Below are positions 49,802 to 59,679 of a DNA stretch of 64,000 nt, piece by piece; the first letter of the stretch is position 1, and each line of letters opens with the position of its first letter. Below the pieces are notes generated by a model. It had not been told where the DNA came from. It searched no databases and was given only the letters and a program-made list of their open reading frames with translations. The stretch is from Geopsychrobacteraceae bacterium (lineage in GTDB: Bacteria > Desulfobacterota > Desulfuromonadia > Desulfuromonadales > Geopsychrobacteraceae): positions 1,440,001 to 1,504,000 of the forward strand of contig OY759353.1 of NCBI GenBank assembly GCA_963662315.1, read 5' to 3'. Position numbers and translations under genes: made by a program.

Positions 49802-51217
49802 TTACGACTTCCCTTTCAGACGCTTATTAAGTGCCTGCTGAGAGATACCAAGAAATTTGGCAGCATGAGATTGGTTTCCGGCTGACCGTCTGAGAGCCTC
49901 ATTAATTAGCAAATCAGTCATCTCTTTAAGGGTGGGTAATTTATCAGGGAAAAGAAATTCCGGCACGCTCTCGCCATGGTATTCAGAAGCAGGCGGCACA
50001 GCCGCCTGGCGTTGCCTTGCCATAGTTTCCGCAAATCGTGTAATCGCCAGAGGTCCTTCTTGATGAAGGCTCACCGCATCAAAAACCATCGCTCTTAATT
50101 CGCGATGATTGCCGGGAAAAGAGTAAGTCTGCAAGATAGGCAGAAGGTCAGGATTTTCCGCTGGTTTCTTTTTCCCCATGCGGTTCGCTGCTTCGGCAAC
50201 AAAATGGTTGACCAGCAAAGAGATATCATCGCGCCGTTTGCGCAGTGGGGGGAGCTGAATACGATGCGTTTTCAGGCGAAACAGTAAATCACGCCGAAAT
50301 ACACCCTGAGCTTCTTTTTCATCCAGGTTCAGGTTGGTTGCTGCAGCCACCCTGGCGGAACACCGCATCGGGACATCACTGCCTAAAGGGTAATATTCAC
50401 CCGACTGCAGCAATCGCAACAACTTAATCTGTGACAATTGAGACAGTTCACCGATTTCATCGAGAAACAGAATCCCCCCCGCCGCTTCTTCGATCATACC
50501 ACTACGTTTGCGATCTGCACCGGTATAAGCCCCGCTGCAATGCCCAAACAGAGTATCACTGAACAACATATCATCCAGGCCGGCGACATTCACGGCAACA
50601 AAAGGTTTCTCTTCACAACAGAGTTGGTGAAGAGCCTTAGCAATAAGCTCTTTACCGGTACCGCTTTCCCCCTGAATAAGCACAGGCTCATGGCTGGAAG
50701 CTATCGCTTCAAGGTAGGTGAAAATGCGCAGCATGGCAGAATCTTGGGTAATAATGTCCGCAAAAACAGGATGAGGTTGTCCTGGTCCGGCTGAAAAGTT
50801 CTCGCTCAGCTGAAAATGTTCATTTCTAAGCGCCCGCTCCCGCAATGTTTTTTTGATACTGTTGATAATCCTTTCCAGATCATCGCTTTTCATGAAAAAA
50901 TCTTCAGCGCCTTTTTTAATGCAATTGACTGCTGTAGCAACCTGATTTGCTCCACTGATGACAATAACCGGTAATTCAGGATATTTTTCACTGATAAGGT
51001 CAAGCAACTCTTCACCCGATACGATGGGCATGGTCAGATCAAGCAGGACAAGCGAATAATCATTGACCGCCAGCAGCGCAGGCACGTTCTGACTATCCGT
51101 ACAAGATTCTACGTTGGTAATGTTTGCCAGAATTTTTAAAGCAGCACGTATCGTGCCTACCCATGATATTTCGTCATCAACAACCAGAATCGGTTTGCGT
51201 GGATATTCATCGCCCAT
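49802..51217 (-). CDS. Sigma54-dependent response regulator (NtrC family: REC-AAA+-Fis HTH)
   Basis: ILVVDDE...LLDLTMP, GESGTGKE, GAYTGA (GAFTGA variant), LFLDEIGEL, FRRDLLFRL, PGN.REL and GNQSHAAKFLGIS. Confidence 0.95.
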   Translation of the reverse strand: MGDEYPRKPILVVDDEISWVGTIRAALKILANITNVESCTDSQNVPALLAVNDYSLVLLDLTMPIVSGEELLDLISEKYPELPVIVISGANQVATAVNCIKKGAEDFFMKSDDLERIINSIKKTLRERALRNEHFQLSENFSAGPGQPHPVFADIITQDSAMLRIFTYLEAIASSHEPVLIQGESGTGKELIAKALHQLCCEEKPFVAVNVAGLDDMLFSDTLFGHCSGAYTGADRKRSGMIEEAAGGILFLDEIGELSQLSQIKLLRLLQSGEYYPLGSDVPMRCSARVAAATNLNLDEKEAQGVFRRDLLFRLKTHRIQLPPLRKRRDDISLLVNHFVAEAANRMGKKKPAENPDLLPILQTYSFPGNHRELRAMVFDAVSLHQEGPLAITRFAETMARQRQAAVPPASEYHGESVPEFLFPDKLPTLKEMTDLLINEALRRSAGNQSHAAKFLGISQQALNKRLKGKS

Positions 51218-51366
51218 GGTTATCCCTGCGGAATGGATTTTGCGGTTGGAGGAATAAAAATTATATCCGGTTTAAACCAAAGCGACAGCTCTGTCTGCTA
51301 AAAAAAACAGGCCCTGAATCGATCCAGAGCCTGTTTGTGTCACAAAAATGGTGAAAGGTTAACAAG

Positions 51367-51846
51367 TTACCCGCAACACTTCTTGTATTTTTTGCCGCTA
51401 CCGCACGGACAGGGATCATTACGGCCAACCTTATTCGCCTTAATCGGCTGTCCCTTGACGATATCGCCATCGGTAAAATACCACTTGCCGTCTTTACGTT
51501 CGAACTGACCACGTTCGTGATAACTGCGGGTATTGCCATTTAAGCGGAAGCGCGCAATAAATTCGACTTCACCGGTAAGATCGTCCGGCCCGCCAGCGAC
51601 ACTTTCAACCACCTCAAGACCCAGCCAGTCAGACTTTTCAGCCCAGTCCTTACTCCCCTTGTGGTCGAAACCCTGGCGAAAATTGGGGTGGATACTGTCA
51701 TAGAGAAAATCGATTTCAACTTTATCATGTGCGGTGTAACGGGCCCGCATGAGCTGCTCAGCTGTTTCAGCTGCTGTTTTCCCGGTGATAATCGGTTCAC
51801 AGCAGACAGCGTAGTCCTGACCACTTCCGCAAGGACAATTATTCAT
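51367..51846 (-). CDS. YchJ-family protein with SEC-C motifs
   Basis: [28 protein letters not shown] and [19 protein letters not shown]. Confidence 0.92.
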   Translation of the reverse strand: MNNCPCGSGQDYAVCCEPIITGKTAAETAEQLMRARYTAHDKVEIDFLYDSIHPNFRQGFDHKGSKDWAEKSDWLGLEVVESVAGGPDDLTGEVEFIARFRLNGNTRSYHERGQFERKDGKWYFTDGDIVKGQPIKANKVGRNDPCPCGSGKKYKKCCG

Positions 51847-52042
51847 TAGAGGAACTCCTTCATTGTTATGTATAGGCATTCAAACAGTACCTGTTACAAC
51901 TGTCTTACCTGGTTATCCAACACGATATCAAAGCGTTAACCATTTATACCAGCTGCGCTCAAAAAAATGGTATAGTGGCGACCTGGCCAAACTTTGTCAA
52001 TATTGTAACGATCATCAGCTGTTATTTTTCAGGGTATCTTTT

Positions 52043-53260
52043 GTGAACATTGCTGTCATTGGAGGTGGAGCCGCCGGGTTCTTTGCCGCCATCAACATTC
52101 GAGTCAATTTTCCTGACGCAAAGGTCACCATTTACGAAAAATCCTCCCACCTGCTCGCCAAGGTGAAAATTTCCGGTGGTGGACGCTGTAATGTCACAAA
52201 TGGCTGTGACTCAATCGCCGAACTGTGTGCAGCCTACCCGCGCGGTGCCAATGCCTTAAAAAAAGTGTTTCGAGTATTTGATAATCATGCCGCAATGGCC
52301 TGGTTTGAAAGCCACCAGGTCCCCCTGGTTACCCAGCCGGACAACTGTGTATTCCCTAAAGCCCAGAACTCGACTGAAATTATCGACTGTTTTCTTCGGG
52401 AAGCTAGGCGTTTGAATATTGCTATTGTCATGAACTGCGGCGTTCAGGCAATCACCCCGGATGAGCAAGGCAAACTACAACTCCACTTCAAAGGTGACAA
52501 GCGCTCTTCCCAATTCTTCGACAAAGTTGTGATTGCAACCGGAGGAGCTCCGCGGCAAACCGACCTGAACTGGCTTGCACAGCTGGGGCATCGCATCGAA
52601 GCACCAGTGCCATCCCTGTTTACCTTCAAAATTAACGACCCGGAACTGACTGCCTTGATGGGGATTGTCGTTGACCAGACCCAGGTGTCCTTGCAAGGAA
52701 CCAGATTCAGGGCTGAAGGCCCCTTGCTGGTCACTCACTGGGGTGTCAGCGGCCCGGCCATCTTAAAACTTTCAGCGTTTGGCGCTCGCTGGCTACACGA
52801 ACAAAACTACCACTGTACCCTGCAAATCAACTGGGCCAATGAACGTAATCAGGAAGTCATCGCTGGTCAGCTTGATAAGATTATACAAAAATCCCCGCGA
52901 AAAATGTTAGGCAACATAAAACCTTATCACCTGTCCGATCGCCTGTGGCTGTATCTGCTGGGCAAATGTGCCTTTCCCGCTGATAAACGCTGGGGAGAAC
53001 TGGGAAAAAGCAGTATCAACAAACTGGCCAATATGCTTTGTCATGATTGTTACCAGATCAGCGGTAAAGGCTCATTTAAAGAAGAATTCGTCACCTGTGG
53101 CGGGGTCAGCCTTAAAGACATTGATATGAAAACCATGCGGAGCAAGCTTGTCGACAACCTGTACTTTGCCGGAGAGGTTCTTGATATTGACGGTATCACC
53201 GGCGGTTATAACTTCCAGGCGGCCTGGACAACGGCATTTATTGCGGCACAGCTCAACTGA
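52043..53260 (+). CDS. HI0933/BaiN-family flavoprotein (NAD(P)/FAD-dependent oxidoreductase)
   Basis: IGGGAAG, KVKISGGGRCNVTN, LVTHWGVSGP, VTCGGV and GEVLDIDGITGGYNFQ. Start reassigned to GTG 52043 (uncertain). Confidence 0.9.
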   Translation: MNIAVIGGGAAGFFAAINIRVNFPDAKVTIYEKSSHLLAKVKISGGGRCNVTNGCDSIAELCAAYPRGANALKKVFRVFDNHAAMAWFESHQVPLVTQPDNCVFPKAQNSTEIIDCFLREARRLNIAIVMNCGVQAITPDEQGKLQLHFKGDKRSSQFFDKVVIATGGAPRQTDLNWLAQLGHRIEAPVPSLFTFKINDPELTALMGIVVDQTQVSLQGTRFRAEGPLLVTHWGVSGPAILKLSAFGARWLHEQNYHCTLQINWANERNQEVIAGQLDKIIQKSPRKMLGNIKPYHLSDRLWLYLLGKCAFPADKRWGELGKSSINKLANMLCHDCYQISGKGSFKEEFVTCGGVSLKDIDMKTMRSKLVDNLYFAGEVLDIDGITGGYNFQAAWTTAFIAAQLN

Positions 53261-53328
53261 CTTGTCAGCGACAGGTTAAATAGGTTAGAAGAAAGAATAC
53301 GTTTAACCTAATCAAAGGAGACAGCATC

Positions 53329-53610
53329 ATGGCAAGAGCAGCAGCACGGCACATCCTGGTTCCCAGTGAGGCCGATTGTAATACCTTGAAGAAGATGATT
53401 GAAAACGGTGAGGACTTTGCGGAAATCGCCAAAGTTCATTCTAAATGCCCTTCGGGTAAACAGGGTGGCGCCCTTGGTGAATTTTCCCCCGGCCAGATGG
53501 TTCGCGAATTTGACGAAGTTGTCTTTTCCGGAGAAGTCGGCAAAGTTCTGGGACCGGTTAAAACCCAATTTGGTTATCACCTGATTGAGATCACCAGTCG
53601 TACTGAGTAG
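53329..53610 (+). CDS. ppiC: Parvulin-type peptidyl-prolyl isomerase C
   Basis: ARHILV, HSKCPSG..GGALGEF..GQMV.EFD and GPVKTQFGYHLI. Confidence 0.95.
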   Translation: MARAAARHILVPSEADCNTLKKMIENGEDFAEIAKVHSKCPSGKQGGALGEFSPGQMVREFDEVVFSGEVGKVLGPVKTQFGYHLIEITSRTE

Positions 53611-53616
53611 TTTTAT

Positions 53617-53652
53617 GCTACCGTCTCCCCTCTTTCTGGGGAGGCGGTAGCA
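53617..53652 (+). terminator. Hairpin after ppiC
   Basis: GCTACCGTCTCCCC-TCTTTCT-GGGGAGGCGGTAGC. Confidence 0.6.
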
Positions 53653-53742
53653 AGAATAATACAAAGCTAAGAGACTAAAAATCCAATCAAGAGACTTCTC
53701 TCTCATTGAGATGTAAACCGTTCAAACTGCCAATAAGTTATC

Positions 53743-54246
53743 ATGACACAAATGAAATATCTTTCCGGATATCCTGACCAGCTGACCAGCCAGGTTCGCC
53801 AGCTTATTGCCGACGATAAACTGGACCAGATATTGCTGAAACGCTACCCTCATCCCCATGAGGTAAAGACAGACAAGGCTCTTTATGATTTTACTGTGGA
53901 ACTGAAAAATCAGTATCTGCGTAAAGCCGCCCCGATCAGCAAAGTAACTTATGACGGCAAGATATCTGTTGTCCACGAAGCTCTGGGTTTGCACTCCTAC
54001 GTCACCAGGGTTCAGGGGAACAAAATTAAAACCCGCAATGAAATTCGTATTGGAACTGTTTTCAAAACAGCTCCGCTGGAATTTTTGCGCATGATCGTCG
54101 TCCATGAACTGGCCCACCTCAAAGAGAAAGATCACAACAAGGCTTTTTACAGTTTATGTGAACATATGGAACCACACTATCACCAGCTGGAGTTTGATGT
54201 GCGTGTCTACCTGACCTACCTTGAGAAATTCGGTAATCTTTATTAA
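53743..54246 (+). CDS. YgjP-like M48-family metallo-hydrolase
   Basis: YLSGYP, EFLRMIVVHELAHLKEKDHNKAFY.LC.HMEP.YHQLEFD (HExxH). Confidence 0.9.
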   Translation: MTQMKYLSGYPDQLTSQVRQLIADDKLDQILLKRYPHPHEVKTDKALYDFTVELKNQYLRKAAPISKVTYDGKISVVHEALGLHSYVTRVQGNKIKTRNEIRIGTVFKTAPLEFLRMIVVHELAHLKEKDHNKAFYSLCEHMEPHYHQLEFDVRVYLTYLEKFGNLY

Positions 54247-54274
54247 GCTTGTTGTGTAAAAGATCGTTAAGCCC

Positions 54275-54303
54275 TTGCGTAAAAATACGCATTCCCCTAT
54301 ATT
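54275..54303 (+). promoter_or_regulatory. Putative sigma70 promoter of the small gene
   Basis: TTGCGT-N17-TATATT. Confidence 0.5.
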
Positions 54304-54338
54304 CCGCCCTACCTTTTTATCAAGACTGGAGAACCAAG

Positions 54339-54548
54339 ATGGATCTGGACATCGACCGCCTGGAATGGATTGTTTATAAACGTCAGGACCGCATCATAAA
54401 AGCGGTTGAAGGGACCGGCTACCTGCCTCGCACCGTTATCGGTGTTGGGATGTTTTTACTCGATAATAATGGCGATATTGACCTGCTGACCGCTAAGCAA
54501 CGTGCCACCTTTGACAAGTTTCTCAAGCCGCTACTGGAAAGTAAGTAA
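54339..54548 (+). CDS. Small hypothetical protein (69 aa)
   Basis: ATG with a GGAG RBS and an upstream promoter; MDLDIDRLEW...LTAKQRATFDKFLKPLLESK. Confidence 0.7.
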   Translation: MDLDIDRLEWIVYKRQDRIIKAVEGTGYLPRTVIGVGMFLLDNNGDIDLLTAKQRATFDKFLKPLLESK

Positions 54549-54620
54549 TGAGATCCGGCGTAGCTGCCCACGGGTTACGCCCTGATATTTCAGCCTCTTA
54601 TTTGTTCCCGCCCCCATCCG

Positions 54621-54971
54621 CTATCCCAGCTTGCTGCGAAAGACAAAATACACCGCGCCAAGCAGGCACAGCCCGGCCCACAAGTAGTCCAGCTTCAAAG
54701 GCTCCTTCAGGTACAAGAGTGAGAAAGGCACAAAGATCGACAGGGTGATGACCTCCTGAAGTATTTTCAGTTGCCCGACATTCAAAGCCGTATAACCGAT
54801 CCGGTTAGCCGGAACCTGTAACAGGTATTCAAACAAGGCAATTCCCCAGCTGACCACAGCGGCTACGATCCAGGGTTTGTTATTCAATTCTTTCAGGTGT
54901 GCATACCAGGCAAAGGTCATAAAGACATTGCTGCACATAAGTAACATTATCGAGGTCAGAACCGGTCGCAT
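54621..54971 (-). CDS. DMT-superfamily membrane protein (DUF486-like)
   Basis: SNVFMTFAWYAHLK, SWGIALFEYLLQVPANRIG and QLKILQEVITL. Confidence 0.9.
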   Translation of the reverse strand: MRPVLTSIMLLMCSNVFMTFAWYAHLKELNNKPWIVAAVVSWGIALFEYLLQVPANRIGYTALNVGQLKILQEVITLSIFVPFSLLYLKEPLKLDYLWAGLCLLGAVYFVFRSKLG

Positions 54972-55071
54972 ACGGAGTGTCAACTTTCAGCCACAGGCAA
55001 AATAGGATTTTTATAATATGTACCAGACCAAGAACCCAGCCTTAAGATAATGAACATCCTTCATCGTCACG

Positions 55072-56139
55072 TTACAGTAACGAGCCTCCAGCTCTGGAGG
55101 CATGCAGCAACAAGCGGCTGAACGCTTCATTGGCTGCCAGGCTGGCGGATTCACTCATGGTGTGGTAACCGGAGGTCGGAATCTGCAGGGTAGTCCCCTG
55201 CACGAAGCCGTTTGAAGCAGCAATAATCCGCCCCATTTCGGTACTCCCCAGGGAATGGGGATGAGCACCGCTTTGCTCGGTCTGACGATTCTGCTCTTCT
55301 ATGTACTCATCTTTATAAGTAAATGAGATCCCCTGCTCCACACACAGTGCTTCCAGCCAGGTGGTTAAATCGCTGTTAAAAGAGGCGTTGGCGTCCTTTT
55401 TGCGCAGCACAACCTGCTGCTGATCAGCGCTGTAGCGATCCGGGTACGGGCTGGTATCAACCACGATAAGACGCTCAGTCGCTCCGTTGAAACGCCGGAA
55501 CCATTCCAGCAGGTAACGCCAGCTGCTCCCTGACTCTTCCTGAGCGGTGAAAAATACCGTTCCCTGAAATCCAAGGCTGAACAGGTGCACCAGATGCGCG
55601 GCGGTTAGTACGTTATCCAGCTGCCCCGAGATATATTCATCCGAAACCGAAAGGCGATCGCTGAAAGCAACCGGTGTGCCCGCCACCAGGTGATTGAGAC
55701 CAGCGACTTCGAAGATCAGGTTATTACGAAACTCACAAACGTAAGCGTGGGTAATGGTGCCGGCCCCGTGATAAACGCCAGACCAGGGTTCATAGGCGAT
55801 CACCGGAACCCCCTGGAACCTGTCGCTGATTTTCAGCATCAGCTTCTCAGAGGCTGAATTGCCCAGCAGGTCTGAACGCCGACCAGCGACAAAAGCGGCA
55901 TACTGAAATTCATCGGGACCGGTACAGATCAGGCCATGGCGGTCAATATGTGCGGAAAACATGGCCGCTTCAGGCTCACGCCCCTGGGCCACCAGCAATC
56001 CTTCATACCAGGACACCCGCGCGCCTCGCTCTTCGAGTTCGCGCTGCAAAACCCGGAAGAAGGAATGCTCGGCTCCGACCACGCTCGGCTGGCGAATAAG
56101 CATTTTCAGTAGATCAAAAAACTGTTCGCTCTGTTGCAT
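55072..56139 (-). CDS. M42/M28-like zinc peptidase family protein
   Basis: SAHIDRHG, GQLDN, QEE, a VVD motif and a C-terminal YH..SE. Confidence 0.8.
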   Translation of the reverse strand: MQQSEQFFDLLKMLIRQPSVVGAEHSFFRVLQRELEERGARVSWYEGLLVAQGREPEAAMFSAHIDRHGLICTGPDEFQYAAFVAGRRSDLLGNSASEKLMLKISDRFQGVPVIAYEPWSGVYHGAGTITHAYVCEFRNNLIFEVAGLNHLVAGTPVAFSDRLSVSDEYISGQLDNVLTAAHLVHLFSLGFQGTVFFTAQEESGSSWRYLLEWFRRFNGATERLIVVDTSPYPDRYSADQQQVVLRKKDANASFNSDLTTWLEALCVEQGISFTYKDEYIEEQNRQTEQSGAHPHSLGSTEMGRIIAASNGFVQGTTLQIPTSGYHTMSESASLAANEAFSRLLLHASRAGGSLL

Positions 56140-56311
56140 AACACCTGTTTTCCACAGACTCGGTTGATAATACCCCTCCAGAGGTGATGGAGGGAAAATA
56201 TGCTCAAGCAGATAATATACTTTACGAGTGGGCGCAAGTGTTAACTCGTGCGGTTATCACTTTCTCATGATCTGGCCAACAATATTCCTAGCTTTTTCCA
56301 GAACAAAGCTC

Positions 56312-56340
56312 TTGATAATTTACCAGCATGCAAGTAAAGT
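56312..56340 (+). promoter_or_regulatory. Putative sigma70 promoter of metC
   Basis: TTGATA-N17-TAAAGT, 51 nt before the ATG. Confidence 0.5.
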
Positions 56341-56391
56341 TTATTCATCTTTGATAACCATTTAAAACCCATAAGGCTTAAAGGATAAAGG

Positions 56392-57558
56392 ATGAAAAAG
56401 TCAGCAACACAGATTATCAACAGCGGCTTTACCGGAGACAGCTCTCAACTTGAACGCTACCACTCAGTGAATCCCCCCATTTACCATGCTTCGACAGTAA
56501 TGTTTGAAAGTTACGCAGAACTGCGTGCTGCGGGCAAAGGAGAATATGAAGGGTTCACCTACGGCACCGACGGCAGTCCGACACAGAAAGCCTTTGAACA
56601 AGCGATGACGGAATTAGAGGGGGGCTACTACACCCGCGCGGTTCCTTCAGGCTTACTGGCGATAACCAGTGTGCTGCAGGCTTTTCTGAAAGCGGGGGAT
56701 CATCTGCTGGTCTGCAACAGTGTCTATGGACCGGTGCGCCGCTTCGCCACCACCCTGTTACTGAAATTTGGGGTAAAAACCAGCTATTTTCCGGCCAATT
56801 GTGGCGCAGATATCGTTAACCATATAACACCGGAAACTCGCTTTATCCTGATGGAATCCCCAGGTTCCAATACCTTTGAGATTCAGGATGTCGGTGCCAT
56901 TACGGCGAACGCCAGGCAACGCGGCATAATCACGGCCATCGATAATACCTGGGCGACGCCATTATTCTTTAGACCATTTGATCATGGAGTCGACATTTCT
57001 CTGCACTCAATTACTAAATATATTTCCGGTCACTCCGACGTTCTGCTCGGTACAGTAACCGTCACTGAGGCCTGCTATGAACGCTTCTACAAGCTGGTCC
57101 GCGCCCTGGAGATTTTCGCTCCTCAGGAAGCCTGTTACCTTGCATTACGCGGGCTGAAAACCCTCAAGGTGCGGCTGAAGCAACATGAAAAATCAGCTCT
57201 GGAAATAGCCACCTGGCTGCAGGAGCAGCGAGGTGTTGAAGCAGTATTGCACCCGGCCCTGCCCAGTCATCCGGAGCATCATATCTGGCAACGCGATTTT
57301 CACGGAGCATCTGGCATCTTTTCCATTGTCCTGGCCCCGCAATTTGATGAAAATTCCGTCGCACGATTTGTCGACGCCTTGCAATTATTTGGCATCGGTT
57401 ACAGCTGGGGTGGCTTTAAAAGCCTGGTTACGGCAGGAAAGTTTGCCCAATCAGACATCTCTCGCTATCATGGACGCTGGATGATACGCCTGAATATCGG
57501 CCTTGAAGAAAGCGATGATCTTAAGGCCGATATTAGCCAGGCATTAAAGCAGCTTTGA
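56392..57558 (+). CDS. metC: Cystathionine beta-lyase (Cys/Met metabolism PLP enzyme)
   Basis: VNPPIYHAST, YG..GSPT, ESPGSNTFE, DNTWATP, SITKYISGHSD and GYSWGGFKSL. Confidence 0.88.
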   Translation: MKKSATQIINSGFTGDSSQLERYHSVNPPIYHASTVMFESYAELRAAGKGEYEGFTYGTDGSPTQKAFEQAMTELEGGYYTRAVPSGLLAITSVLQAFLKAGDHLLVCNSVYGPVRRFATTLLLKFGVKTSYFPANCGADIVNHITPETRFILMESPGSNTFEIQDVGAITANARQRGIITAIDNTWATPLFFRPFDHGVDISLHSITKYISGHSDVLLGTVTVTEACYERFYKLVRALEIFAPQEACYLALRGLKTLKVRLKQHEKSALEIATWLQEQRGVEAVLHPALPSHPEHHIWQRDFHGASGIFSIVLAPQFDENSVARFVDALQLFGIGYSWGGFKSLVTAGKFAQSDISRYHGRWMIRLNIGLEESDDLKADISQALKQL

Positions 57559-57608
57559 CATTTTTACGATCGGCAAACAAACTTTTTAATGCAGGGTAGC
57601 GACACCTC

Positions 57609-58439
57609 ATGAATTTATTCTCTGACGCTAAAATCGACACCCATGTCCATGTTTTTGATCCGCTTAAGTTCCCTTACGGGGCTGATAACTTCTATCACCC
57701 CGCAGGGGGAGAGACCGGCACTCCAGCTCACTACAAACGCCTGATGGACGCATATCAGATTGGCTACGCGCTCCTGGTCCAGCCCAATTCTGGCTATAAC
57801 CATGACAATAGTTGCATGTTGGAAGCCATTGCCAACAGCAACGGCAGGTTCAAAGGCATTGCCGTCGTCCCTGTTACAGCCAGCTATGCAGAGCTGGAGC
57901 AACTTAAACAGCAGGGGATTCTGGGTATTGCCTTTAATGTTGCATTGTATGGTCCGCAATATTATGCAGATGCGACAGCCTTGCTCGAAAAACTTGCCGC
58001 TCTAGATCTGTTTGCCCAAGTTCAGGTGATGAATGACCAGTTGCCGGAATTGCGTTCACTATTTAAAGCATTTACCGGAAAAATCCTGGTTGATCACTGT
58101 GGGAGGCCGGATCCAGCCAAAGGAATTGATCAGGAGGGTTTTAAAGAGTTGCTCAATTATGCACAAAGCGGCCGAACCCGTGTAAAAATCTCCGGCCAAT
58201 ACAAGATCAGTCATTCAGGCTATCCTTACAGCGATATGACCCCGTATATCCGTACCATCCTGAAAGAGTTTACTTTGGATAACTGTATGTGGGCTTCTGA
58301 TTGGCCATTTTTAAGGGCACCGGAGCGTCTTGACCTGGCTCCCCTGCTGCAGCTGGTCGAGAAGTACGCCCCTACAGCTGAAGAGCGCCACAAGCTGTTG
58401 TGGGAAACCCCGCATAGACTATTTGGGTTTGACCACTAA
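57609..58439 (+). CDS. Amidohydrolase-family protein (LigI/lactonase-like)
   Basis: DTHVHVF, LVQP..Y..DN, VDHCGRP, VKISG and WASDWP. Confidence 0.85.
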   Translation: MNLFSDAKIDTHVHVFDPLKFPYGADNFYHPAGGETGTPAHYKRLMDAYQIGYALLVQPNSGYNHDNSCMLEAIANSNGRFKGIAVVPVTASYAELEQLKQQGILGIAFNVALYGPQYYADATALLEKLAALDLFAQVQVMNDQLPELRSLFKAFTGKILVDHCGRPDPAKGIDQEGFKELLNYAQSGRTRVKISGQYKISHSGYPYSDMTPYIRTILKEFTLDNCMWASDWPFLRAPERLDLAPLLQLVEKYAPTAEERHKLLWETPHRLFGFDH

Positions 58440-58449
58440 GGGAACGCGA

Positions 58450-59565
58450 TCAAACAACACTGAGCATACCACGCACGCAATTGCGACCGGCCTTTTTTGC
58501 CTGATAGACCGCATCATCCGCCGCCTTTATCAAGGCATCCGGTCCGGCCATGCCGGCAGAGCGGGTCGCAATACCGACGCTGATGCTGCCATACCAGCAG
58601 CCGCCATTAACCGGCACAATAAGATGATTGACCTTATCATGAACCAGGTAACCAAGTTGAAGAGCGCCGACGTTATTGGTGCGTGGACACAGAATGAGAA
58701 ATTCATCCCCCCCGAGGCGACAGACATAATCATCGTTGCGGACCACGTAAGTCAGGTGCCGCGCCAGATCCTTAAGAACCTTATCGCCGGCATCATGACC
58801 AAAATTGTCGTTAACCTGCTTAAATCCGTCTGCATCAATCAGTAGACAGGACAATGCCAGTCTTTTCGCTACCGCTTCCTGCCACAACCAGGCGAGCTTA
58901 TCCATGGCATAGCGTCGGTTGGGTAAACCGGTCAGCACATCAGTCGTCGCGATTTTCTGCAACTGCCGGTTGGCTTCTTCAAGCTCTTTCGTCCTGGCAT
59001 TCACTTTACTTTCCAGAGCGTCATTCAACTCAGCCAGTTGGGCATTACGATGAGAAACCTGAAGAAACAATTTATTGAGGGATTGCAATAAGATATCCGT
59101 AGAATTTTCAGCCGGTTTTTCTTCCTCTTCATAGGCCTGCTGCGGCGAATCTCCGGCGGCAATGGTCTTTATCTGCCGACTCATACTTTTATCGGTTCCG
59201 AGAATATGGTAAATCAGCCAATTAATCAGAAATTCAAAAAGCCGTTCAAAGCATAGGCGCTCTGAACCATACATTTGCCCTTTCAGCAAGGTCACATCCG
59301 CTAAAAACGCCTGGTGATCTCTTTTATGCTGAGCAACATGTCTGGAATCCACCTCTGCACTAGCCATTAATTTTTCTTCTTCACGAAAGTGGTACTCGGT
59401 ATAAGAGACCAGATCGGCATAAAGAAGATCGAAATCACGCCTTAAGAAGTTGTTATCTGCAAGCAGTTCAGCTGCCTGATTAGTCAGTTCCACCAAGTGC
59501 CGATGTTGCTCATCAACCAGCTTATGACCGGTTTCAAAAACCGTCCCCCATTGAATCACGTCCAT
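58450..59565 (-). CDS. Bacteriohemerythrin-domain diguanylate cyclase
   Basis: Di-iron ligand set DEQH, HFREEE, HKRDH and HILGTD. GGDEF domain with VND.FGH.AGD, an RNDD I-site and LGGDEF. AAGGAGG RBS. Confidence 0.93.
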   Translation of the reverse strand: MDVIQWGTVFETGHKLVDEQHRHLVELTNQAAELLADNNFLRRDFDLLYADLVSYTEYHFREEEKLMASAEVDSRHVAQHKRDHQAFLADVTLLKGQMYGSERLCFERLFEFLINWLIYHILGTDKSMSRQIKTIAAGDSPQQAYEEEEKPAENSTDILLQSLNKLFLQVSHRNAQLAELNDALESKVNARTKELEEANRQLQKIATTDVLTGLPNRRYAMDKLAWLWQEAVAKRLALSCLLIDADGFKQVNDNFGHDAGDKVLKDLARHLTYVVRNDDYVCRLGGDEFLILCPRTNNVGALQLGYLVHDKVNHLIVPVNGGCWYGSISVGIATRSAGMAGPDALIKAADDAVYQAKKAGRNCVRGMLSVV

Positions 59566-59679
59566 ATATAAACCTCCTTATAATCGGCCCGATTAAATGA
59601 GGCCTGAGGTTGCATATTTCTCGCGATGATCTGACACCAAAACCTGTTATCTTTGCTAACATTACCTCAGAACTTACTT

